Shown: positions 37,430-47,585 of the stretch, piece by piece
Layout of the letters: each line of letters begins with the position of its first letter
How positions within the stretch are numbered: the first letter of the stretch is position 1
Assembly (NCBI GenBank): GCA_017619815.1
Contig: JAFZRR010000017.1
Location: 1-64,000 of the forward strand
Length of the DNA stretch: 64,000 bases
Origin: Bacilli bacterium
GTDB taxonomy: Bacteria; Bacillota_I; Bacilli_A; RFN20; CAG-826
Direction of reading: 5' to 3'
Translations under genes and position numbers: made by a program
Notes under the pieces: generated by a model
The model's input: only the letters and a program-made list of their open reading frames with translations
Databases searched by the model: none
What the model was told of the DNA's origin: nothing

Positions 37430-39891
37430 TATTTTTCTTCCTCTTTTTTGGTTTCGCCAACCACTTCACCAGCTTCTTGTTGCTTTGCAGCTTCCGCAGT
37501 TAATCTTTCTTCTTCAGCTTTTCTGGCAGCAGCTTGAGCGGCTTCAACTTGATTAACGAATTTATCAATATTAACGAGGTTTAAAACTGCATCAACAGAT
37601 GCCATTTCTAAGCATTCTCTGAACATATCGTAACCTTCGTTAACGTAGTCTTGTAATGGGTTCACGTTCGCATAACCACGGAGGTGGATACCTTCACGTA
37701 AACGCGCCATCGCATCAATGTGTTTAGTCCAGTTTTGGTCTAAGCAATGTAAAATCAAATCTCTTTCAATGCGGTCACATAATTCTTCTGGTAATTTGCT
37801 TCTCTTGCGCATATATCTACGTAAGATTAATTCGCCTAAGTCTTGACCACAGTTATCCACTAAGTCATCTTCATAAGCATTTGGATTGATACTACCTTCA
37901 GGCAAGAATCTTGGTTCCACTTGTTTGATTAATAATTCAGCAGAAATGAGTTGATCGTTGCTGCCTTGTGGAACAGCTTTCTTTGCTAAGAACATACCAG
38001 TTGTAGCAAACATTTCATCAACAATATCTTTAATCGCACTACCTTCGATAATTCTGTCACGTTTGTCGTAAACATTTTGTCTTTGTTTTGCTAAGACATC
38101 ATCGTAATCTAATAAGCTCTTACGAGTATCGAAGTTCATACCTTCAATTTTCTTTTGTGCGCTTGTAACTGCGTTAGAAACCATCTTGCTTTCAAGAGCT
38201 TCATCACCAAAATTCTTTTCAATGTAATTTCTCATTGCATCTGCAGCGAATCTCACTAATAATGTATCATCAAATGATACATAGAATCTGGAGAAGCCTG
38301 GATCGCCTTGACGTCCAGAACGACCACGTAATTGGTTATCAATACGACGAGATTCATGTCTTTCTGTACCTAAAACACACAAACCACCTAAGGCTCTAAC
38401 TTCGTCATCAATCTTAATATCGGTACCACGACCTGCCATATTTGTGGCGAGTGTGATAGCGCCTTTACGACCTGCAAGTGCGATAATTTCCGCTTCACGT
38501 GCGTGGTTCTTAGCGTTTAACATTTCGTGTGGTAAACCAGCAGCAGTTAATAAATTTGAAATTTCTTCAGAAGATTCAACTGAGACTGTACCAATCAAGA
38601 TTGGCTGTCCTTTTTCGTGTCTTCTCTTAACTTCTTCAATTAAAGCAGCGAGTTTTGGACCTTTATGTGCGTAGATGAAATCTGTCGCATCCTCACGGAT
38701 AACAGGTCTATTTGTAGGCACACAAACGACACGCATGTTATAAATCTTACGGAATTCTTCTTCCTCTGTTTTAGCGGTACCGGTCATACCTGCCATCTTC
38801 TTATAAAGACGGAAGAAGTTTTGATATGTAATTGTCGCCATGGTAACTGTTTCTTGTTTGATGGTGACATTTTCTTTTGCTTGAACAGCTTGGTGTAAAC
38901 CATCGGACCATTCACGACCTGGTAAAACACGGCCTGTAAATTGGTCAATAATTTGCACTTGTCCTTCACCATCGACTAAATAGTCGACATCTCTTTGCAT
39001 GATGAAGTTGGCTTTTAAGGCGTTATGAATTCTATGAACTAAATCAAAGTATTCAGGATCATATAAGTTTCTAATACCAAACATTCTTTCAGCTTTGGTG
39101 TTACCGGAATCAGTTAAATTAACTGTCTTTTCTTTCACATCAACAGTGAAATCAACATCTTTTTTCAAAGCTTTGCAGAATCTGTCAGCAACTGTGTATT
39201 GGCTGGATGATGTTTTCACACCACCAGAAATAATTAATGGGGTACGGGATTCATCAATTAAAATTGAGTCAGCTTCGTCAACGATACAGAAATTCAAACC
39301 ACGAAGAACCCTATGATTCATATCTGTGGCCATATTATCTCTTAAGTAGTCGAAACCTAATTCAGAGTTGGTTGTATATGTAATATCGCATAAATATGCG
39401 GCTTTCTTTTCAGAGGTTGATTTTGCACGTGCGTTAACACCGACAGTTAAACCTAAGAATCTATAGATTTGACCCATCCATTCAGCGTCACGACCAGATA
39501 AGTATTCGTTAACTGTAACAACGTGAACACCTTTACCGGATAAAGCGTTTAAGTATGTTGCCATAGTAGCGGTTAAGGTTTTACCTTCACCTGTCTTCAT
39601 TTCCGCAACATCACCTGCGTGCATAACTAATGAACCGATAACTTGAACTTTGAATGGAAATTCATGAATGGTTCTTTTAGCGGCTTCACGAGCAACCGCG
39701 AAAGCTTCATATTTGATATCATCAAGTGTTTTTCCGTTAGCTAATAAGTCTTTGAAATAATCAGTCTTGGCTCTTAACTCATCATCAGTTAATTCCGCCA
39801 TCTTCTTTTCATAAGCTAAAACTTTATCAGCTTCTCTAGAATATTTTTTAATGGCTCTTCTATCAAAAAATCCCATAGTTTTTACCAACAC
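37429..39891 (-). CDS. secA: preprotein translocase ATPase SecA
   Basis: 820 aa with DEAD-like motor motifs (MKTGEGKTL, VDEADSILID) and the SecA C-terminal region. The stop overlaps the prfB ATG as TAATG. Confidence 0.92.
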   Translation of the reverse strand: MLVKTMGFFDRRAIKKYSREADKVLAYEKKMAELTDDELRAKTDYFKDLLANGKTLDDIKYEAFAVAREAAKRTIHEFPFKVQVIGSLVMHAGDVAEMKTGEGKTLTATMATYLNALSGKGVHVVTVNEYLSGRDAEWMGQIYRFLGLTVGVNARAKSTSEKKAAYLCDITYTTNSELGFDYLRDNMATDMNHRVLRGLNFCIVDEADSILIDESRTPLIISGGVKTSSSQYTVADRFCKALKKDVDFTVDVKEKTVNLTDSGNTKAERMFGIRNLYDPEYFDLVHRIHNALKANFIMQRDVDYLVDGEGQVQIIDQFTGRVLPGREWSDGLHQAVQAKENVTIKQETVTMATITYQNFFRLYKKMAGMTGTAKTEEEEFRKIYNMRVVCVPTNRPVIREDATDFIYAHKGPKLAALIEEVKRRHEKGQPILIGTVSVESSEEISNLLTAAGLPHEMLNAKNHAREAEIIALAGRKGAITLATNMAGRGTDIKIDDEVRALGGLCVLGTERHESRRIDNQLRGRSGRQGDPGFSRFYVSFDDTLLVRFAADAMRNYIEKNFGDEALESKMVSNAVTSAQKKIEGMNFDTRKSLLDYDDVLAKQRQNVYDKRDRIIEGSAIKDIVDEMFATTGMFLAKKAVPQGSNDQLISAELLIKQVEPRFLPEGSINPNAYEDDLVDNCGQDLGELILRRYMRKRSKLPEELCDRIERDLILHCLDQNWTKHIDAMARLREGIHLRGYANVNPLQDYVNEGYDMFRECLEMASVDAVLNLVNIDKFVNQVEAAQAAARKAEEERLTAEAAKQQEAGEVVGETKKEEEK

Positions 39892-40007
39892 AACAACATA
39901 GTTGTGCCTTTCTTTATAAGTATTAGAATGTAAAACATTCGCTTTAATATACTATCGTTTAATATGAACTAGTGTCAAATAGTAAATAAATTACTATTGC
40001 TTTTTAT

Positions 40008-40634
40008 CTAGATATCATCAGTTTTAGCCATTACTAAAACTTCAATCTTTTTGGGGTGTAATTTCTCAATCAAGTGAATACATGCTTTTAGTGTAGATCC
40101 TGTTGTATGAACATCATCAACGAGAAGAATTTTATATTTTGATAAATCAGAATTACCGGTATGTTCCAAGCAGTCTTTAATAGCTTTTCTTCTCTTTGCA
40201 GAACTGGTTGCTTGCTTAATTCTTTTGGTTTTCACAATCATTTTTCTCATTGGTAGATTCAGTATTTTGAACATCTCTTCCACGTGGTTAAATTCCCTAA
40301 TGTCATCGTCCTCTTTATATGAAGGTACGGGCACTAAAACATAGTCTCTATATCTAAGTGATAATTCACGTGAAAAACGTTCAAAAAATATATTCAATAA
40401 TTCAAAATCAAAACAGCCTTTGAACTGATAAAGTAATGCCTGAATTTTCTCATCATATCTATAAATAGATATAGCATTATATCCAAGAACTTTGAATTTG
40501 AAAAAATGTGGTTTGATTTCTTTATAACACCAAGGACAAACATCGACACTTGGATGAGTAAGGTTGAACAGTAAATTATCATCTATTTCTTTAAAGCAAA
40601 GTTTACACACTTTCGTTGGCTTCTTTAATTTCAT
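40008..40634 (-). CDS. comFC: ComFC-like phosphoribosyltransferase-domain competence protein
   Basis: N-terminal Cys clusters (CKLCFK...CPWCYK) and a C-terminal PRTase motif LLVDDVHTTGST. Start trimmed to MKLKKPTKV. Confidence 0.65.
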   Translation of the reverse strand: MKLKKPTKVCKLCFKEIDDNLLFNLTHPSVDVCPWCYKEIKPHFFKFKVLGYNAISIYRYDEKIQALLYQFKGCFDFELLNIFFERFSRELSLRYRDYVLVPVPSYKEDDDIREFNHVEEMFKILNLPMRKMIVKTKRIKQATSSAKRRKAIKDCLEHTGNSDLSKYKILLVDDVHTTGSTLKACIHLIEKLHPKKIEVLVMAKTDDI

Positions 40635-41745
40635 TGACGGCTTCAACCATTTCGTTAGTTTCTCGTCTTGCAATGAACACCACCTCCCCTGTTGGTGCAT
40701 CTTTTTTCCTTCCCACTCTTCCAGATATCTGAATTAAGGCACTGGATGTGTATAGAGGATGGTCCGCGCCAAAAATAATCACTTGTAAATCTTTAACCGT
40801 TACTCCACGTTCAAGCACTGCAGTAGTTACAAGAACTTTGGTCATTCCTTTTCTGAATTTATCAATCCGCTCATTACGATCTACACATTTAGAATGAACA
40901 TAATCGGCATTCTCGAAGAACAGTTTTAGCACCTCATATGTCTGCTCACACGTGTCAATCGTAGGCGTAAAGACAAAAATCGGCTTATTTTGCGCCAAAA
41001 AACGCCGCAATTCCTGGATTAAAAAGTAATAACTGACTAGTTTTGAATGAATGGAAAACCTTGGCACTGGTAAAGGATGGTTGTGAAATCTTTTATTCAG
41101 TTTTAAGACCATCTTCCCCGGTTGATTGAAATCATCAATTTGATTTTTCGATGGTGTTGCAGATAAAAGAATATAATGACCTTTCACTGCTTTATCAAAG
41201 AATGCTTTTAAGACATCATTTCCATTATATGGAAAAGCATCAATTTCATCTAAGATTAGTAGATCAAAATATGATGGGTATCTGAACAATTGATGGGTCG
41301 TTAAACAAATCAAATCGCCTTTTAGAAACTTGGTATGGTCACCATACACTGCAATTACCTTATTGTTAGTAAATATGGCTTTAAAGCGATAATAGAGTTC
41401 TCTAACAACATCTCTTCTCGGAACCGCAAACCCCACTTTTAAATTGTTTTTAATGGCTTGAGATATAACTTCTAATACAATTTCTGTTTTTCCAGAGCCG
41501 CAGACAGCATGAACTAAGCTATCAACACCATTGAAATAGTTTTTCACTAACTGATCAGATAAACGTTTTTGGTCATCAGACAATTCATAGTGAAGACTAT
41601 ATTCTGCATTAGTATTTTGATAATAAATCTCATTAGCTTCTTGTCCTCGAAATGTAATACATCTTCGGCAATAAGTCTTTCCATTTCTTATTCCGAAATA
41701 CTTAGAATCTGTGTTTCCACATATTGGACATTTGAATTCATCCAT
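40603..41745 (-). CDS. comFA: ComFA-like late-competence DNA helicase/translocase
   Basis: Zinc finger CPICG...CRRC, Walker A CGSGKT, DEID box, and helicase C-terminal motifs. Confidence 0.7.
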   Translation of the reverse strand: MDEFKCPICGNTDSKYFGIRNGKTYCRRCITFRGQEANEIYYQNTNAEYSLHYELSDDQKRLSDQLVKNYFNGVDSLVHAVCGSGKTEIVLEVISQAIKNNLKVGFAVPRRDVVRELYYRFKAIFTNNKVIAVYGDHTKFLKGDLICLTTHQLFRYPSYFDLLILDEIDAFPYNGNDVLKAFFDKAVKGHYILLSATPSKNQIDDFNQPGKMVLKLNKRFHNHPLPVPRFSIHSKLVSYYFLIQELRRFLAQNKPIFVFTPTIDTCEQTYEVLKLFFENADYVHSKCVDRNERIDKFRKGMTKVLVTTAVLERGVTVKDLQVIIFGADHPLYTSSALIQISGRVGRKKDAPTGEVVFIARRETNEMVEAVNEIKEANESV

Positions 41746-41790
41746 AAATAAAACCCCCTACTAATTAAATAGGGGGTATTTTAGAATTTT
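41746..41790 (-). terminator. intrinsic terminator after rpiB whose 3' arm contains the comFA Shine-Dalgarno sequence
   Basis: Minus-strand RNA reads ACCCCCT-atttaattagt-AGGGGGT then TTTTATT, followed directly by the comFA ATG. Confidence 0.55.
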
Positions 41791-41798
41791 GTTTCAGA

Positions 41799-42239
41799 TT
41801 ATTTTTCTAAATCGCTAATCATGTCAACACGAGTTTGGTGTCTTCCGCCTTCAAATTCGGTACTTAAGAATATATCTATTCTTCTAATTACATCTTCAGT
41901 GTTCATAAATTTAGCACCAAAGGCGATAACATTTGCATCATTATGTTGTCTCATTAAGCGCGCGACTTCATCGTTATAGGCTAGTCCACAACGAATTCCT
42001 TTGATTTTGTTCGCGGAGATTGCGATGCCTTCACCACTTGTACAAATGACGATGCCAAAGTCGCATTCTTTACGAGCAACAAGCCTTCCAACTTCTGCGC
42101 CATAAACTGGATAATGGCAAGAGTCATGAGAGTTTGTGCCAACATCAGTAACTTGATAACCTTTTGATTTCAAATATTTAACAACTTCATCTTTTTGATC
42201 AACGCCACCGTGATCACTACCAATTGCAATTCTTAACAT
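41799..42239 (-). CDS. rpiB: ribose-5-phosphate isomerase B
   Basis: 146 aa, MLRIAIGSDHGG...CTSGEGIAISANK. Confidence 0.85.
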   Translation of the reverse strand: MLRIAIGSDHGGVDQKDEVVKYLKSKGYQVTDVGTNSHDSCHYPVYGAEVGRLVARKECDFGIVICTSGEGIAISANKIKGIRCGLAYNDEVARLMRQHNDANVIAFGAKFMNTEDVIRRIDIFLSTEFEGGRHQTRVDMISDLEK

Positions 42240-42254
42240 TTTGATTTCTCCAAT

Positions 42255-43082
42255 CTACTTTATTATATAAAGGAAACGAGTCTTATTATAGATGTCCTTA
42301 TGGAAGCGATATGTACATCCAGCAAGATATTTATTCATGAGCTTTATTAACGCTTCTTCCATATCTTCTTCAATTTCAAATGCCATTAAATAATGTTCTT
42401 TCATAACTTGATCGGCATTTTTGAAAATCTCTTCATAGCATTTTGTACCAGGCACAGCAACAAGGGCTAAGTGTGGTTCATACTTCCAAACTTGCTTATC
42501 GATATTATTGATATTTTCAATGTAAGGAGGATTACAAATTAAGACGTCTAATTTTATCCTATTATCAATAAGAGGTTGCAAGAGATTTCCACAAAGCATT
42601 TCGACATTCTTTGTGTTCTTTTTCGCAACCTTTAAAGCATAGCTGGAAATATCAGTTGCATATATTTTTGCATTAGGAATTTCTTTTTCGATTGCACAGG
42701 CAATAGCACCGCTTCCAGTACAGACATCAGCAATAACTGGATATTCATCTGATTTGAATACTTTTTTCAAGTACACGATTGTATCTACGGTGAGTTGCTC
42801 TGTCTCTTGTCGTGGAATTAATACATCCTTATTAACAATGATTTTGTTTCCTAAGAAGTAACTATAGCCTAATACATATTGATAAGGCATTCCCTTTTTA
42901 ATCAATTCTAAGTTTGTATACAAACGTTCTACATCGACAACTTCTCTATCAAAGTTTGCATACAAAACCATACGATCATCAAACTTACTTGCATCAGCTA
43001 ATAAACTAATGATGATGTTCTTATTCAAGTATTTGCTATCATCTGATAATAATTGAAAATAAAGTTCTCGATTTGTTGGCAT
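42255..43082 (-). CDS. prmC: release factor glutamine N5-methyltransferase
   Basis: CTGSGAIA SAM motif and the NPPY motif (LICNPPYI). Lies next to prfA. Confidence 0.85.
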   Translation of the reverse strand: MPTNRELYFQLLSDDSKYLNKNIIISLLADASKFDDRMVLYANFDREVVDVERLYTNLELIKKGMPYQYVLGYSYFLGNKIIVNKDVLIPRQETEQLTVDTIVYLKKVFKSDEYPVIADVCTGSGAIACAIEKEIPNAKIYATDISSYALKVAKKNTKNVEMLCGNLLQPLIDNRIKLDVLICNPPYIENINNIDKQVWKYEPHLALVAVPGTKCYEEIFKNADQVMKEHYLMAFEIEEDMEEALIKLMNKYLAGCTYRFHKDIYNKTRFLYIIK

Positions 43083-43084
43083 GA

Positions 43085-44158
43085 TTATTCTCCCGCCATT
43101 TTCATTGATTGATCATAGTGAATTAAGGCATCAATAATTTCGTCTAATTCGCCTTCAATAACTCTATCTAATTTTTGGATTGTAAATCCGATTCTGTGGT
43201 CGGTCACACGGTTCTGTGGATAGTTATAAGTTCTTACTTTTTCACTTCTTTCGCCAGTGCCAATCTTTAACCTTCTTTCGTTACCAATTTCTTCTTGTTG
43301 TTTTGCAAGTTTATCGGTGTACATTTTGGTTCTTAACATTTGCATTGCCAACTCTTTATTTTGGATTTGTGATTTCTCGGTTTGACATGCAACTACTGTA
43401 CCTGTTGGGATGTGGGTAATACGAACTGCGGATTCTGTCTTGTTAACGTTTTGTCCACCGGCACCTTGAGAATGGTAAGTATCAATTTGTAAATCACTTG
43501 GATTGATTTCGATATCGATTTCTTCAGCTTCAGGCATAACAAGCACAGTCGCAGTGGATGTATGTATACGACCGCTAGCTTCTGTACGTGGAACACGTTG
43601 AACACGATGCGCACCACTTTCAAACTTAAGTTTAGAGAAAACCATTTTTCCACTAATCTTAAATGAAACTAATGCAAAGCCGCCTGATTCAGATGGGCTT
43701 TCGTCTAAGATTTGGATTTTCCAACCTTGTGATTCAGCATATCTTGTGTACATACGGAAAAGATCACCGGCAAAAATGTTTGCTTCGTCTCCACCAACTG
43801 CACCTCTAATTTCAACAATGATGTTTTTATCATCATTAGGATCTTTAGGTAATAAAAGTTCTTTTAATTTGATTTCAAGTTCTTCTTGTTCAGCGGTCAA
43901 TCTTTTAATTTCTTCTTTTCCCATTTCAGAAATTTCTGGATCGGAATCATTGGCCATTTCACGAGCACCAAGAATCTCTTCTTCATTCTTTTTATATTTA
44001 TTATATGTTTCAACTTGTGGGTCTAGATTTGCTCTCTCTTTAGAGATATCGCGAAAATGAGCCAAATCTTTCATGACATTTTCGCTAGTTAATTCCTCAT
44101 CAATTTCTGCGAGTCTTTTAATAGCAACTTCTAAACGTTGTCTCATGCTTTCTTCCAT
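43085..44158 (-). CDS. prfA: peptide chain release factor 1
   Basis: Start trimmed to MEESMRQRLE with a GAGGT SD. GGQ motif [11 protein letters not shown]. Confidence 0.9.
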   Translation of the reverse strand: MEESMRQRLEVAIKRLAEIDEELTSENVMKDLAHFRDISKERANLDPQVETYNKYKKNEEEILGAREMANDSDPEISEMGKEEIKRLTAEQEELEIKLKELLLPKDPNDDKNIIVEIRGAVGGDEANIFAGDLFRMYTRYAESQGWKIQILDESPSESGGFALVSFKISGKMVFSKLKFESGAHRVQRVPRTEASGRIHTSTATVLVMPEAEEIDIEINPSDLQIDTYHSQGAGGQNVNKTESAVRITHIPTGTVVACQTEKSQIQNKELAMQMLRTKMYTDKLAKQQEEIGNERRLKIGTGERSEKVRTYNYPQNRVTDHRIGFTIQKLDRVIEGELDEIIDALIHYDQSMKMAGE

Positions 44159-44299
44159 TGTGTTACCTCGGTTAGCTTGAAAGTATTGTATCACAATATT
44201 GATATTCTTAAAAATAGTTATCGCTTTTGTCTTTAATATTCATATTAATACTTTAATGAAAAGTCGCGTTTGTGTATAATCAAAACAGGTGAATACAAA

Positions 44300-46048
44300 A
44301 TGGCATATAAAGCTCTTTATCGTACGTATCGTCCAACTACTTTTGAAGAAGTGGCAGGACAACAACATATTGTTAAAACAATAAAAAATGCTCTTGCAAC
44401 AGGCAAAATCGCACATGCCTATCTTTTCGCTGGCCCACGTGGTACAGGAAAGACCACAATGGCGAAATTACTCGCAAAAGCACTTAACTGTGAACATGGA
44501 ATTGGCTGCCAATGCAACGAATGCAAGAACTGCCAAGCCATTAATGAAGGAACACATCCTGATGTTTTAGAAATCGACGCCGCTAGTAATAATGGTGTTG
44601 ATGAAATTAGAGACTTAATTGACAAAGTCAAATACGGAACTATCCTCGGCAAATATAAAGTATATATTATCGATGAAGTTCATATGATGACCGCTGGTGC
44701 ATTTAATGCCTTATTAAAGACATTAGAAGAACCACCAGAGCACGTTATCTTTATCTTAGCAACAACAGAACCACACAAGATTTTGCCAACAATTTTATCT
44801 CGTTGTCAAAGATATGACTTTTCTAAAGTCAGCGATAGCGACATAAGAGAAAGAATGAAAACGATTCTTGAAAACGAAAATATTGATTATAACGAAGATG
44901 CGATTAATTTAATCATCTCATTAGCCGATGGCGGTATGAGGGATGCATTGTCCATCCTTGATCAAGTTCTTGCTTATTCTGGTGAAAAACTTAGTGTCCA
45001 AGATGTCCTCGATATCTTTGCTCTAGAATCAACTGAGGAGAAAATCAACTTATTGAATTCAATCGTTGATGGAAACGTTGTCGATATCCTTAATAGACTT
45101 AATGCTTATATTGAAAGAGGAACCGATATTAAGCGTCTAACAAATGACTTATTAGTCATTTTGAAGGATGTTTTGATTTATAGTTCATCCAACAACACTA
45201 AGTATTTACAAGTCTTAAAAGAAGATGAAGTAATCAAACTTTCTGACAAGGTTGATGCTTCAAAAGCCATGGAAATGATTACAGTTCTCATGAACACATT
45301 GAAAGATTATAAGAACGTTACCGCGATTAATCCTTTATTCGAAGTAACATTACTTAAATTAGCGTCAATCAAAGGTCAACCTGCTCCAAAACCAATGCAA
45401 AAACAAGAGGATTTCCGTCCATTGAGATATGAAACCCCTGCAAGTGTGGGTCCAAGTCCAGATCTTCTCAAAAAGCATAAAGAAGAATATAAAGCCGCTG
45501 AACAACCTAAAACAGTTGAACCAGCTCCTGCACCACAACCAGTTATTGAACCAGAAAAACCAAAAGAAACCTTAAGTTTGTTTGATGATGATTCAGTAGC
45601 GTCAGATGAAAATGTTCTTTATATCAATGGTACCGAAGTTGATGACCACTATGAAATTGATGAAAAGACTATGGTGGATATCATGGTTATCAGTAAGAAA
45701 GATATTAAAAATAATCTTTTAGAGAATTGGAAAAACTTAAAGAGATTAACCGCTCATCCAAAACTTGGAAAGATTGCTTCTATGCTTGTTGATGGTCACC
45801 CACTTGTGGTTTCCACAAAGGTTATGGTTCTCGAATATCAATCTGATAACATCGTTGAGAAGATGAATCTGATTTATAATCAGAAAGATATTCAAAATGT
45901 CATTAGAACAGTCTTTGGAAAGAAGATGTTTGTTTACGCAGTAAATAGAAAAGGTTCTATTGACTTACAACAAAAATTTATGAACTTATTACAGCTTAGT
46001 AGACTTCCAAAAGCTGACACAGTAGAAATTGAATTTATTGGAGATTAA
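44300..46048 (+). CDS. dnaX: DNA polymerase III subunit tau/gamma
   Basis: MAYKALYRTYRPTTFEEVAGQQH, Walker A GPRGTGKTT and Zn-module CEHGIGCQCNECKNC. Confidence 0.9.
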   Translation: MAYKALYRTYRPTTFEEVAGQQHIVKTIKNALATGKIAHAYLFAGPRGTGKTTMAKLLAKALNCEHGIGCQCNECKNCQAINEGTHPDVLEIDAASNNGVDEIRDLIDKVKYGTILGKYKVYIIDEVHMMTAGAFNALLKTLEEPPEHVIFILATTEPHKILPTILSRCQRYDFSKVSDSDIRERMKTILENENIDYNEDAINLIISLADGGMRDALSILDQVLAYSGEKLSVQDVLDIFALESTEEKINLLNSIVDGNVVDILNRLNAYIERGTDIKRLTNDLLVILKDVLIYSSSNNTKYLQVLKEDEVIKLSDKVDASKAMEMITVLMNTLKDYKNVTAINPLFEVTLLKLASIKGQPAPKPMQKQEDFRPLRYETPASVGPSPDLLKKHKEEYKAAEQPKTVEPAPAPQPVIEPEKPKETLSLFDDDSVASDENVLYINGTEVDDHYEIDEKTMVDIMVISKKDIKNNLLENWKNLKRLTAHPKLGKIASMLVDGHPLVVSTKVMVLEYQSDNIVEKMNLIYNQKDIQNVIRTVFGKKMFVYAVNRKGSIDLQQKFMNLLQLSRLPKADTVEIEFIGD

Positions 46049-46052
46049 TTTT

Positions 46053-46358
46053 ATGAACATGCAACAAATGATGATTCAAGCTCAAAAAATGCAAAGAGAA
46101 TTAAAGAAAGCATTAGATGAGCTTGCAAAGCAAGAATTCTCAGTTAATAAGAGTGGCGCAGTCACCATTACAATGATGGGTGATGACTCACTTAAATCAA
46201 TTGAAATTGATGATGATGCTTTTGAAAAAGATAACAAAGAAATGATTCAAGATTTAATCGTGATGGGAGTTCAAGAACTCTCCGAAAAAATCGAAGAAGC
46301 AAAAGCGGATGTTAATGAGAGAATCACGGGTTCTCGTTCTGGATTTGGTGGATTTTAA
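46053..46358 (+). CDS. ybaB: nucleoid-associated protein YbaB/EbfC
   Basis: MNMQQMMIQAQKMQRELKKALDEL... Start chosen after the dnaX stop, with a GGAG SD upstream. Confidence 0.85.
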   Translation: MNMQQMMIQAQKMQRELKKALDELAKQEFSVNKSGAVTITMMGDDSLKSIEIDDDAFEKDNKEMIQDLIVMGVQELSEKIEEAKADVNERITGSRSGFGGF

Positions 46359-46954
46359 TGAGCAATCTTAAAGCATTAGTAAGACTTCAAGAATCTTTAG
46401 CAAAGCTCCCAAGCGTCGGAAAGAAAAGCGCTGAGAGAATGGCTTTTGCCATGCTCGACATGGAAGAAGAAGACTTGAATGAGTTTGCTGATGCGATCAA
46501 AGAATTGAAAAGCAAAATTCATCTTTGTCCAATCTGTGGAAATATCACAGAAGATGAAAAATGTGAAATTTGCCAAGATGAAGATAGAGATAGAGAAACC
46601 ATTTTAGTGGTCTCTTCACCTAAAGATGTTATTGCCTTTGAAAACGCCGAAGGATACAGAGGTTTATATCATGTATTAGGTGGAACAATTTCTTTATCCA
46701 AAGGAAAAGGAATTGAAGACTTGAATATTGATTCGTTATTAAAACGAGTTCAACAAGATAATATTAAAGAAGTTATTATCGCTACCAACCCCACTGTTGA
46801 TGGTGAAACCACTGCTTTGTATTTAGCTAAATTATTAGAAAATAAAAACGTCAATGTCACAAGATTAGCCTATGGTTTACCAATGGGCGGAAATCTTGAT
46901 TATGCCGACGCTTTAACTCTTGCAAAAGCCATAGAAGGAAGACGCAAAATCTAG
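46358..46954 (+). CDS. recR: recombination protein RecR
   Basis: HhH N-terminus, Cys4 zinc finger CPICGN...CEIC and Toprim domain. Confidence 0.9.
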   Translation: MSNLKALVRLQESLAKLPSVGKKSAERMAFAMLDMEEEDLNEFADAIKELKSKIHLCPICGNITEDEKCEICQDEDRDRETILVVSSPKDVIAFENAEGYRGLYHVLGGTISLSKGKGIEDLNIDSLLKRVQQDNIKEVIIATNPTVDGETTALYLAKLLENKNVNVTRLAYGLPMGGNLDYADALTLAKAIEGRRKI

Positions 46955-46964
46955 GAGGAACTTT

Positions 46965-47585
46965 ATGTTTATTACACTAGAAGGACCAGAAGGTTCAGGA
47001 AAAACCACTGCTGTAGAAGCTGCAGTTAAAAAACTTGAAGAAATGGGTTATCAAATTGTTCGTACCAGAGAACCTGGTGGAACACCAATCGCTGAACAAA
47101 TCCGCAATGTTATCTTAGATAAAGGTAATACTGCAATGGATGGTAGAACCGAAGCCCTCCTTTATGCTGCGAGTAGAAGACAACACTTAGTGGAAAAAGT
47201 TTGGCCCGCATTAAAAGAAGGTAAAATTGTTATCTGCGATCGTTATTTAGATAGTTCTTTAGCTTATCAAGGTGGCGCTAGAGGATTAGGTATCGATGAA
47301 GTTTTAAATGTTAATTTATTTGCCACAGAAAACACTTGGCCAGATTTAACATTATTATTTGATATCAAACCAGAAATCGGATTAGCAAGAATTAGCGCGA
47401 ATGCTGATAGAGAAGTTAATCGTTTAGATTTAGAAAAAATTGAATTCCACAACAAGGTGAGAGAATCATTCCTTGCTTTAGCAAAAAGATTCCCTGACCG
47501 TTACGTCATTATAGATGCAAGTTTAAGCCGTGATGAAGTAGCAAAAGCAACCATGGAGGCTATTTTGTCCCGCTTATGCAAGTAG
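46965..47585 (+). CDS. tmk: thymidylate kinase
   Basis: MFITLEGPEGSGKTT P-loop and the DRY motif. Confidence 0.9.
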   Translation: MFITLEGPEGSGKTTAVEAAVKKLEEMGYQIVRTREPGGTPIAEQIRNVILDKGNTAMDGRTEALLYAASRRQHLVEKVWPALKEGKIVICDRYLDSSLAYQGGARGLGIDEVLNVNLFATENTWPDLTLLFDIKPEIGLARISANADREVNRLDLEKIEFHNKVRESFLALAKRFPDRYVIIDASLSRDEVAKATMEAILSRLCK

